From Gemmatimonadales bacterium (GTDB lineage Bacteria; Gemmatimonadota; Gemmatimonadetes; Gemmatimonadales; GWC2-71-9): a stretch of DNA of 64,000 nucleotides. The notes beneath the pieces are model-generated. The model did no database searches, was not told where the DNA came from, and worked only from the letters and a program-made list of their open reading frames with translations. The DNA lies in contig OZ252244.1 in NCBI GenBank assembly GCA_965249575.1, positions 224,001-288,000 of the forward strand. Reading direction: 5' to 3'. Positions 10,567-20,297 of the stretch are shown here, one piece after another. The stretch's first letter is position 1. Every line of letters starts with the position of its first letter. The position numbers and the translations under genes are program-made.

Positions 10567-11397
10567 GTGGCTGGCGATCTGACGCAGCAACTACACGGAG
10601 AGGTGATGGTTCGAAGAATCAAGCGAACCCGGGATTTCGAACTTCAGCTGCAGATTTCGAACGACGACTTCATTGCGCCGCCGAGAGAGGCCCAACGGAA
10701 TTGGCTCATCAACCGGGCTTTGAACGAACTTGCGGCAGATCTGCACGCCCTCGATCGCACAGCGAAGCGGTTTGTGGCCGGCTTGGATGCGCCGCCCATT
10801 CAGGACCGCGCCCGGGCGGTACTCGATGACCATGACATCATGGAAGACTGGCAGCTTCCTGTCATGCGCGCGATGGCGGATGTCGTCAGCGAAGCCCGCG
10901 GAGACATTCTCGAGATCGGGTTTGGCCGCGGTGTGTCGGCGGATTATATCCAGGCCCACGGCGTCAAATCGCATACCGTGGTGGAGTGCAACGATTCAAT
11001 CGTGGAGCGGTTTCGCAAATGGAAGGCAGCCTACCCGGACAGTGACATCCGCCTGATTCACGGCCGGTGGGAAGATGTGCAGGATCGGTTCGAGAAGTAT
11101 GACGGCGTCTTCTTCCACACCTACGCGCTGAACGAGGACGAGTTTCTGCAACACGTCGTCAGCAGTACAACGTTCGCGGAGCATTTCTTCCCAACGGCAG
11201 CCAGTCATCTTCGGGACGGCGGGATCTTCACCTACCTGACGAACGAGATCGACTCATTCAGCCGAGAACATCAGCGACTCGTCCTTCGGTACTTCAGCGC
11301 GCTCACTTTGCGAGAAGTGGAGGGGTTGGCGGTGCCCGAAGACACCAGAGACACCTGGTGGGCCGATTCCATGGTCGTGATTGAAGCGGTGAAGTGA
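10567..11397 (+). CDS. SAM-dependent methyltransferase, GAMT/Rmt2-like
   Basis: IMEDW, ILEIGFGRG, HTVVECN, GRWEDV and YDGVFFHTY match guanidinoacetate/Rmt2 N-methyltransferase motifs. Confidence 0.8.
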   Translation: MAGDLTQQLHGEVMVRRIKRTRDFELQLQISNDDFIAPPREAQRNWLINRALNELAADLHALDRTAKRFVAGLDAPPIQDRARAVLDDHDIMEDWQLPVMRAMADVVSEARGDILEIGFGRGVSADYIQAHGVKSHTVVECNDSIVERFRKWKAAYPDSDIRLIHGRWEDVQDRFEKYDGVFFHTYALNEDEFLQHVVSSTTFAEHFFPTAASHLRDGGIFTYLTNEIDSFSREHQRLVLRYFSALTLREVEGLAVPEDTRDTWWADSMVVIEAVK

Positions 11398-11612
11398 GTT
11401 GCCCAATTTTGCCTAGGCGTGCCGGGAAGTAGGTGCACTCACCCCGCCGTTCTTCCCCAACGGCCGCGCGGGGAGCACAAACGAACAGGCGCGGCGGGTT
11501 TTCGAATGCCACCGCTCGATCGGGTGTTGGTGCGTTTCTTGCGCTCCTCGCCTAGCTCCCGGATGGGAGAGGGGAGTCCGGTCCCGCGCCGGTATCGGCG
11601 AAGGGAGGTCAC

Positions 11613-12824
11613 GTGAAGATCAAGGCCGCGTGCACCCGAATTGGCGGAGTCGTCGTGCTGTCGTCGCTTATCGGGATGAGCGGATTGAAGGCGGACATTT
11701 CGTCGCCTTCGTCCACCTCCGCGGTCACCGCGCACGTACTCGGACAGAGTTACCTGTTTCTGCGCATCCACGATGACTCACTGGTCGTGCGTCTCGAAGT
11801 CACCGTATCCGATTTGGAACGCGCTCTCGGCTTTGGCTGGGATCCGGAGATCGGCGTGACCGAGGAAGAGGTCAACTGGCAACTCGCCACGATCCGTGAG
11901 TATGTAGAGGAAGGCTTCGGATTGTCCGGAGGAGCGGACCGGCCCTTTCCCATGCGGTTTCAGGATGTCGACATTCGTTTCCTCGAAGTGGCAGACTTTG
12001 TACTTCTCACTTACGTCATCGAGCCGGTCGGCCGAACCGTTGAAGAGTTGTCGATTGCATTCCCGCTCTTGTTCGAGGTGCTCCCGGATCATCGAAATCT
12101 ATTGATCGTCGAGCACAACTGGAGAACGGGAACCATGAACAGCGAAGTGGTCGCGCTCGTGTTCAGCCCTACAAGCACCGTGCAGAGACTGGATATCACC
12201 CGTTCGTCGGTGTTGCGGGGCTTCCTTGCGTTCATTCGTCTAGGGATCGAGCACATCTGGATCGGTATCGATCACGTTTTGTTCCTGATTGCGTTGACTC
12301 TACCGACAGTCTTGGTACGAGCGTCAGGTCGATGGGAACCCGCCCCGGGGTTCCGGCGAGCGTTCTTCAACATCGTGACGATCGTGACGTTTTTCACTCT
12401 TGCACACAGTGTCACGCTGAGTCTCGCGGCGCTCGAACTCGTCCGGCTTCCCGCTCGCCCGGTTGAGGCGATCATCGCGCTGTCGATCGCGGTGGCTGCC
12501 CTCGCGAATCTCGCGCCGAAGATTCCGATCAAAGAGGCGGCGATCGCATTCGCGTACGTGCTTGCCGACATCGGCCTGGGTCGGGAGCACTTGGTGCTGT
12601 CATTGCTCGGCTTCAATGTCGGTGTCGAGATTGGCCAGATTGCGATCATCTCCATCGCGTTTCCGATCCTTTTCGTCTTGCGGGAGAAGGCCATCTACCC
12701 TCCGATTCTGCGTTACGGTTCGGTGGCGCTGATCGCCGTGGCGATGCTCTGGTTCTTCGAGCGCTCGCTCGATTTTAACGTCCCGGTCATTACGTTGGCG
12801 CGACGAATGCTCGGCCTCGGGTAG
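11613..12824 (+). CDS. HupE/UreJ-2 family membrane protein with N-terminal periplasmic domain
   Basis: GIEHIWIGIDHVLF, FTLAHSVTL, VEAIIALSI, GFNVGVEIGQ; GTG start after GGGAGG. Confidence 0.85.
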   Translation: MKIKAACTRIGGVVVLSSLIGMSGLKADISSPSSTSAVTAHVLGQSYLFLRIHDDSLVVRLEVTVSDLERALGFGWDPEIGVTEEEVNWQLATIREYVEEGFGLSGGADRPFPMRFQDVDIRFLEVADFVLLTYVIEPVGRTVEELSIAFPLLFEVLPDHRNLLIVEHNWRTGTMNSEVVALVFSPTSTVQRLDITRSSVLRGFLAFIRLGIEHIWIGIDHVLFLIALTLPTVLVRASGRWEPAPGFRRAFFNIVTIVTFFTLAHSVTLSLAALELVRLPARPVEAIIALSIAVAALANLAPKIPIKEAAIAFAYVLADIGLGREHLVLSLLGFNVGVEIGQIAIISIAFPILFVLREKAIYPPILRYGSVALIAVAMLWFFERSLDFNVPVITLARRMLGLG

Positions 12825-12847
12825 ACGCGCCGGTTGGTTGACTACTA

Positions 12848-15800
12848 ATGGATCAAGCGGCGGCACCCGAGCCCGGGTCAGGGGTCGTGCACACGGCGAA
12901 GGCCGGTCTCACCTGGAGTCAGCTTCTTCTCTGGAGCGGGCAGGAGCTCCACCCTGAATCCCCGTTGTACAACATGGTCCTGATCTTCGAGATCATGGGC
13001 CCGCTCGACACCAAACACTTCGAGATGGCGATTCAATCCGTTATCGAGCGGGGTGATGCCCTTCGCACCGTGGTCAAATCGGTGAAGGGCGTTCCGATTC
13101 GGCGAGTCGTCCCGGCTCTTCGGTGGAGTTTAGAACAACTGGACCTCTCTGACGAACCTGATCCACCAGGCTCGCTCCGCGCTTGGGTTACACGTCGCGC
13201 CGTACACCGATTCGATCTCGCCGGTCCATTGTTTGATACCGTGCTGCTCCGCTTGGGCCCCGAACACTACGTCTGGTACCTCAATCAACACCACCTCATC
13301 ACCGATGCGTGGTCCACCGGTCTGGTGTACCACGCGGTCGGCGAGGCCTACGGTCTGTCCCGATCCGGCCAGCTCGAGCAGGCACCGGCGTTGCCTTCAT
13401 ACGAAGAACATGTCGAGGCCGAACGCGCGTTACGCTCGTCCGCCGGACACGCCAAAGCCCGCGCCTATTGGCGAGCGCGGTCGGACAGTCTGCATCCCGC
13501 AGCATTGTACGGTAAGTCGGAGGAACGACGGAGCACCGAGACAGCGCGGGTGACGGTGAACCTGGGCCCAGAACGCTCCGAGTTCCTGCGAGCGGTAGCT
13601 CACCGGCCAGAGGCCAGCGCACTCACGGAGGACATGGCCCTCTTTAACGTATTCGCAACGAGCCTCCTTGCCTTCGTGCATCGAGTCACCGGCGAGGAGC
13701 GGTTGGCCATTGCAGCCCCCACCCACAATCGGTTGAACGCGCGCGCCAAGGCAACGCTTGGGGTATTCATCGAGGTGTTCCCCCTGGTCGTACAATTGGA
13801 AGCAGAGGAGACATTCGCGGGCCTTCTCAAGAAGACCAGCACCGCAAGCGCGGGACTCCTTCGGTACGCGCTCCCCGGCGCGAGTCTGCCCACCGTGAAC
13901 CGCACTTGCAGCGTCGTCCTCAACTACATCCGCGCCTCGTTTTCACCGTTCGACGGCTTACCGATGCGCTCGGAGTGGGTGCACGCCGGGCACGGGGACC
14001 TTGCGCACGACTTCCGCCTGCAGGTGCAGGACTTCGATGAGACCGGCACCTTTGCGTTGCACTTCGATCTGAGCACGGAGCGTTTTTCACCGGCGGAGCG
14101 ACACGCGGTGGTCGAGCAGTTCCTCCTGCTCCTCGACGGGTTTCTCGCCAATCCGGATCAAAGCCTTCGCGCGCCGCCACTGATGAAGGCATCCGCGTAC
14201 GAGCGCTTCATCGAGGATCGGAACCCACGGGCGTCGGACTACCGCTCTGGCGAGACCGTTCTGCATCGGTTTGAACAGCAGGTGGCCGAGACACCGGATC
14301 GGCCCGCTGTCCTGTTTGGCGACACATCGTGGACGTACCGCGAGTTGAACGCGCGGGCAGATGGGATCGCACATCGTCTGCGCGCCCACCACTTCGATGG
14401 AGTCACCGTCGGTCTGGTGTCAGTCCGGCGACCGGAGATCGTCGCCGCGATACTCGGAGTCTTCAAGGCAGGAACGGCGTATGTGCCGTTGGACTTGAGT
14501 GACCCCATCGAGCGTTTGGCATTCATGCTCGAGGAGACGGAAGCCCGCGCCGTGCTCACCTTCGCCGAACACACCCATCGACTCGACACAACCCTGCCCG
14601 TTGTCGTCCTGGATACTCCCGAAGACGCCGTCGAGATGCGGGTCGCCGGTATTCACGGGAGCGGTCCGACCTCGAGCGACCTGGCGTACGTGCTGTACAC
14701 GTCCGGCTCGACGGGACGCCCCAAGGGCGTCATGGTGGAGCACGGCTCGCTGGTCGAGTACGCGGCCTGGGCTGCGCATGTCTACCTCGCGGGCGAGCCA
14801 CTTTGTCTGCCACTGTTCACGCCCCTCACTTTCGACCTTACGGTCACCTCCCTGTTCGCGCCGTTGCTGGGGGGCGGAAGTATCGTTGTGTATCCCGACG
14901 GCGCAGAGATCGACTCGAGTTTGATCCGCGTTCTCGAGGACGACCGGGTCGACGTGGTCAAGCTGACGCCGACTCATCTTGCGCTCATTCGTGGCCAGCA
15001 TCTCGCATCCTCCCGCGTGCGGACGTTGATCCTGGGCGGCGAGGATCTCAGGACCGACGTCGCGCGCGCCGCGTGGCAGATGTTTGGAGAAGATGTCACC
15101 ATCTTCAACGAGTACAGACCCACGGAGACGACCGTCGGGTGCATGATCCATCGCTACGACCCCGATCGCGATACCTCGGCGTCCGTGCCGATCGGGCGGC
15201 CCGGGGCACGGGCACGCATTTACGTGCTCGACGCGGACCTCGCGCCCGTCCCAACCGGCGTTATAGGCGAGATCGTCGTGGGAGGCCCCGGGGTCGCCCG
15301 AGGGTACGTCGGTCGGCCAGAGGAAACGCGCCAGCGATTTATCCCGGATCCGTTCGTGCCCGGTGGCCGGGCCTATCGGACGGGTGATCTGGGTCGCTGG
15401 CGGGCCGACGGGGACTTGGCATTCCTCGGGCGAACGGACCGGCAGATCAAGATCGGCGGGGTGAGGGTCGAACTAGGTGAGATCGAGGCAGCGCTGTTGG
15501 CGCTGCCGGGGGTAACAGCGGCCGCGGTGGATTACGTGACCCGCAGCGGCGTGGCTCAGGCCGCCCTCCAATGCGCTCGGTGCGGTCTCGGGTCCGGCTA
15601 CCCGACCGTCCACTTCGACTCGGAGGGCATCTGCTCCGTTTGCCGCACCTTTGAGCAGTATCAGGCCCGCGCGGCCAAGTACTTCCAGTCGATGGAAGAC
15701 CTGCAGCGGATCTTCGCAGCTGCACCGGGTCCCAACGAATACGACTGTCTCCTGCTATTCAGCGGCGGGAAGGACAGCACATATGCCCTCTACCGCCTTG

Positions 15801-17112
15801 TCGATATGGGGTTACGCGTCCTCGCAGTCACCCTCGACAACGGATACATCTCGGAAACCGCCAAGGCCAACATCCGGCGCGTGAGCCGCGCCCTCCACAC
15901 TCCGCACGAGTTCATTTCAACCCCCGCGATGAACGCGATCTTCGTCGACAGCTTGCGGCGCCATTCCAACGTGTGCAACGGCTGCTTCAAGGTGATGTAT
16001 ACGCTCGCCACGAAGGTAGCCAGTGAGCACCGGATTCCGTTCGTGGTTACCGGGCTTTCGCGGGGTCAGTTCTTCGAGACCCGACTCACCAACGAGCTGT
16101 TCCTCGACGACGAGACGAACGTGGAGCAGATCGATCAACTGGTTCTCGAAGCCCGGAAGGCCTACCATCGGGTAGACGACGCCGTGAACCGTCTGCTCGA
16201 CACGAGGGTGTTCGAGAGTGACGAGGTGTTCGAGCAGGTCCAGTTCATAGATTTCTATCGCTATTGTGACGTCGGGTTGAGCGAGATACTGGAGTTCCTG
16301 AAGCGTCGCGCACCGTGGGTTCGACCTGAAGACACGGGTCGCTCGACGAACTGCTTGATCAACGATGTCGGGATTTACGTGCACACCCGGGAGCGCGGCT
16401 ACCATAATTACGCCTGGCCCTACAGCTGGGATGTGCGCCTAGGGCACAAGGAACGTGACGCCGCCCTCGCCTCGAGGAGTTGAACGACACGATTGACGAG
16501 GGGCGCGTCCGGCGCATTCTCGCTGAGATCGGGTACGCAGACACCGGCGCGGTTGGGCCCGGCGAGGCTGGTCGCTTGGTCACCTACGTGGTTGCGGACC
16601 GGCACCTAGATCCATCCGAGATCGCCGCTTCAGGCTTGCTGCCGCTCTACATGGTGCCGTCCCAGATCGTCCGATTGGAGCAAATCCCGCTCACGAGGAA
16701 CGGAAAGGTCGATTACGCCGAACTTCCCACACCTCCGCAGCAACGTCCCGAGCTCACGACTGTGTACACGCCGCCGCGGAACGACACAGAGGCATGGCTC
16801 GTTGATGCGTGGGTGACGGCGCTGCGGATTGATCGGGTGGGCGTGCACGACGACTTCTTCGACCTGGGTGGTGATTCGATCTCGGCGATTCAGATCGGCG
16901 CCCGCGCGGCATCTGCCGGTCTTCGTTTGGATCCGAACCTGCTATTCCAGCATTCGACGATCGCTGAACTCGCGGCGAGAGTCGCCCTACCGATCGAAAC
17001 CAACGAACGGGCCGGTGGACCGCGGCCTGCGCCCTTCTCCCTCGTTGACGAGCGTGCGCGCACGAAAGTGCTCGACCGATTCAGGAAGAGCGGGAAGCGG
17101 AAGGACAGATGA
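12848..17112 (+). CDS. NRPS module C-A(interrupted by AMDH-like PP-loop domain)-T, split by a frameshift at about 16470
   Basis: C domain HHLITDAW; A motifs YTSGSTGRPKG and YRTGD; insert with CxxC pairs and SGGKDS; A10 NGKVD and T domain FFDLGGDSI in the frame 16480..17112. Confidence 0.88.
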
Positions 17113-20100
17113 CGGACGGCGAGCACGGCATCGTCGATATGTATCCGCTCACGTCCGCACAGGGTGGGATGCTCTACCACACGCTAGCCGCACCAGGATC
17201 GGGCGTGTACGTGGCGCAGTACGCCTGCGAGATCATGGGCAACTTCGACCCGCAACAATGCCGGGCCGACTGGAGCAAGGCTTTCGAACGTCATGCCGTG
17301 CTCCGGACCGCGGTCTTGTGGGAGGGTCTCGATGAACCACTGCAGGTTGTCCACGACCAAGTAGAGGTGCCATGGACGGACCGCGATTGGTGCGAATTCT
17401 CCTCGGAGGACAACGCGCGTCGATTCGAAGTGCTTCTGCAAGAGGATCGGGCGCGCGGTTTCGACCTGGCCACACCACCGCTTGCGCGGCTGGCGCTCAT
17501 CCGGACTGGCCACGACCGATACCGATTCCTTTGGACGTTTCATCACATTCTTGCGGACGGATGGTCTGCGGTAACACTGCTGGAAGAGGTCTTCGCGCCG
17601 GCCGGCAGCCGGAGTTCGTTACCGCCTAGGGTCAGGCCGTTTCGCGACTTTGTCGCCTGGCTACGCGAGCAAGATCCCGCCCCGGCGGAATCCTTCTGGC
17701 GAGGTCGACTGGCCGGGATCAACGCCCCGACCCAGCTCCCAATCGGCAAGCGCACGACCCCGTTACTCCGATACAGACGGGGCTCCGTGCAAACGGTACG
17801 GCAGCTGAGCGAATTGGAGACAGAGGCAGTGAGAGCCTTTGCCCGCACGAATCGTCTCACGCTCAACACGCTCGCGCATGGCGCCTGGGCCCTCACGCTT
17901 GGTCGGTACAGCGATGAAGGGGACGTCGTGTACGGCGCCACCGTAGCCGGTCGCCCACCATCGCTCCTCGGCGTTGACTCGATGATCGGGCTGTTCATTA
18001 ACACCATCCCGGTCCGAGTCCGCGTCAATGACGATGCGGTTGTGGTTGAATGGTTGAAGCACCTCCAGGATGATTTGCTCGCCGCGCGCAGCCACGAGCA
18101 CACTCCGCTTGAGTCGATCGCGGAGTGGACCGGGGTGGGCGCGACCCGCGCGCCATTCGAAAGCATCTTGGTTTTTGAGAACTCGCCGCTCGGGCAGCGT
18201 AATCCGGCCGAAGCTGCCGCCTGGCAGCTGCACGACGCCCGCTATCTCGACCAGAGTCATTACCCATTCGCTCTGCTGGTCTTCCCTGAAAAACGACTCC
18301 GGCTCATCGCAGTCTATGATGGGGACCGGTTCGCGGCGGAGGAAGTCGATCGCCTGTTACTGCATATTCATGCCGCCTTGACCGGGTTCGTCGCAAACGG
18401 AGGTTCGACGCTGGCAGTTTTGCCGCCGCCCGACTCCACCGAACGAGCGCGACTCCTTGCCTGCGGGACCGGGCCCGAAGCGCCAGCAGCACCGGACGTG
18501 CTCGATTGCTTCGACGAACACGTCACGCGCTCTCCCGACGCCCCCGCAGTTGTCTGGACCGGAGGGTCGCTGACGTATGCACAGCTTGCTCAAGGTGCGC
18601 GGGCGACGGCCCAGCACATCCGTCGGGCCGGAGTGAGCCCGGGGGATGGGGTTGCCATTGCCTCGATTCGCTCCCCAGCAATGCTGCAGGGGATTCTCGG
18701 CGTGCTCAGAGCCGGGGCCGCGTACGTGCCAATCGACCCGACTCACCCTTGGGCTCGACAACGTTTCGTCATCGAGGATTCGGGCGCCCGACTCCTGCTT
18801 ACGGATTCCCCTGAACTCTTTTCTGATTGCCCGGTTTCCGTGGTGCGGCTCGACCGAGTACCCGAGCAAGTCACCCTACATTCGACGGACGCGCCGGCGC
18901 GCACAAGACCACCAGGGGCTTTGGCGTACGTGCTCTATACATCGGGCTCGATGGGTAGGCCCAAAGGCGTCGAGGTTTCCCGGGACAATCTCGCGTACTC
19001 GACGGCGAGCAGGACCGTCATGTATCCGGAGCCCCCGAGGCGATTTCTCCTGTTGTCGCCGTTCACGTTCGACAGTTCAATCGTGGGAATTTTCTGGACG
19101 CTCGCGAGCGGCGGAACGATCGTCCTTCCCCGAGACGGTGCGGAACGGGACCCCCGAGCGTTGGGCGAGCTTGTCCGCTCGCACGATGTTACGCACACGC
19201 TGTGCCTACCCGCGCTCTGGGAGCTTGTGCTTGAACAGGTGCCCCCTAGTGACCTGGTGTCGCTCACCACGGTCATCGTGGCTGGGGAGGCAAGCCCGCC
19301 ATCGCTGATCGGCCAACACGCCGCCGGCGCGCCTCAGGCTCGTCTTCATAATGAGTACGGGCCAACCGAGACAACGGTGTGGTGCACCGTCTTCCCCGTG
19401 CCGCCCGGATTCGACGGTGCCTCCGTCCCGGTGGGCCGTCCCATTTCGGGATCGCGGATCTACCTTCTGGATCGGCGCAAGTGCCTGGTGCCCGAGGGGG
19501 TGCCCGGCGAGATCCACGTGGCAGGTCCAGGGGTTGCGCGGGGCTACGTGAACCTCGTGGAGGAAAGTGCGGAGCGGTTCCTTCCGGATCCGTACGGCGA
19601 CGGCGGCCGAATGTATTGCACCGGGGATCTGGGGCGGTGGTCAGCCGATGGTAATCTACTGTTTCTCGGACGGAACGACCGGCAGATCAAGGTCGGCGGT
19701 CACCGGATCGAACCCGCGGAAGTCGAGGCGGTGCTGCTCGGCCACCCCAACGTACGTGAGGTCGCAGTCGGTCTTTCATCCGATAGCGACAAAGCCGCGG
19801 CCGCGCTGGTCGCCTATGTCGTCCCAAAGACCGGAGATGCAACCGCAGCCTCGGAGCTCCGGGATGCGATTCGCGCCGAACTACCCGACTTCATGGTGCC
19901 GTCGGCGTTCGTAGACCTGCCAAACCTGCCCAGAGGGAGCAGCGGAAAGGTCGATCGAGATCGACTCCCCGCTCCGCAATCCGTTCTGTCCTCGATGGAT
20001 CGTGCGATCGTACCACCGGGTACTGAAACAGAGAAGGCGCTGGCTCGCATCTGGGAGGAGGTGCTCGACATCGCGTACTTAGGGATTAACGATCACTTCT

Positions 20101-20297
20101 TTGAGGTCGGTGGCCACTCACTGCTCGCCATCCGGCTCCTCGGGAAGATCCGCGAATCCTTCTCGGCCGATCTGACGATGGAGGAACTCTTCGCCGCACC
20201 CACGATCGCGGCTTTGGGCGCCCGGCTCGACGCGCTCCTGTGGGTACGCGACAGGGCGGCCGGCAATGACGGCCCGGTTGAAGAGTTCGAGGTATGA
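17109..20297 (+). CDS. NRPS module C-A-T
   Basis: HHILADGW, FDSSIV, NEYGPTETTVW, SGKVDR, FFEVGGHSL; ATGA overlap with the upstream gene. Confidence 0.92.
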   Translation: MTDGEHGIVDMYPLTSAQGGMLYHTLAAPGSGVYVAQYACEIMGNFDPQQCRADWSKAFERHAVLRTAVLWEGLDEPLQVVHDQVEVPWTDRDWCEFSSEDNARRFEVLLQEDRARGFDLATPPLARLALIRTGHDRYRFLWTFHHILADGWSAVTLLEEVFAPAGSRSSLPPRVRPFRDFVAWLREQDPAPAESFWRGRLAGINAPTQLPIGKRTTPLLRYRRGSVQTVRQLSELETEAVRAFARTNRLTLNTLAHGAWALTLGRYSDEGDVVYGATVAGRPPSLLGVDSMIGLFINTIPVRVRVNDDAVVVEWLKHLQDDLLAARSHEHTPLESIAEWTGVGATRAPFESILVFENSPLGQRNPAEAAAWQLHDARYLDQSHYPFALLVFPEKRLRLIAVYDGDRFAAEEVDRLLLHIHAALTGFVANGGSTLAVLPPPDSTERARLLACGTGPEAPAAPDVLDCFDEHVTRSPDAPAVVWTGGSLTYAQLAQGARATAQHIRRAGVSPGDGVAIASIRSPAMLQGILGVLRAGAAYVPIDPTHPWARQRFVIEDSGARLLLTDSPELFSDCPVSVVRLDRVPEQVTLHSTDAPARTRPPGALAYVLYTSGSMGRPKGVEVSRDNLAYSTASRTVMYPEPPRRFLLLSPFTFDSSIVGIFWTLASGGTIVLPRDGAERDPRALGELVRSHDVTHTLCLPALWELVLEQVPPSDLVSLTTVIVAGEASPPSLIGQHAAGAPQARLHNEYGPTETTVWCTVFPVPPGFDGASVPVGRPISGSRIYLLDRRKCLVPEGVPGEIHVAGPGVARGYVNLVEESAERFLPDPYGDGGRMYCTGDLGRWSADGNLLFLGRNDRQIKVGGHRIEPAEVEAVLLGHPNVREVAVGLSSDSDKAAAALVAYVVPKTGDATAASELRDAIRAELPDFMVPSAFVDLPNLPRGSSGKVDRDRLPAPQSVLSSMDRAIVPPGTETEKALARIWEEVLDIAYLGINDHFFEVGGHSLLAIRLLGKIRESFSADLTMEELFAAPTIAALGARLDALLWVRDRAAGNDGPVEEFEV

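Noticed and set aside
15560..16483. Separate QueC/TtcA/LPS amidotransferase gene fused by error
   Set aside because: The A-domain A9/A10 motifs and the T domain resume right after it, so it is a true insertion
16480..17112. Independent 210-aa gene
   Set aside because: It starts mid-domain and joins the upstream ORF once a small indel is repaired; a natural split cannot be fully excluded
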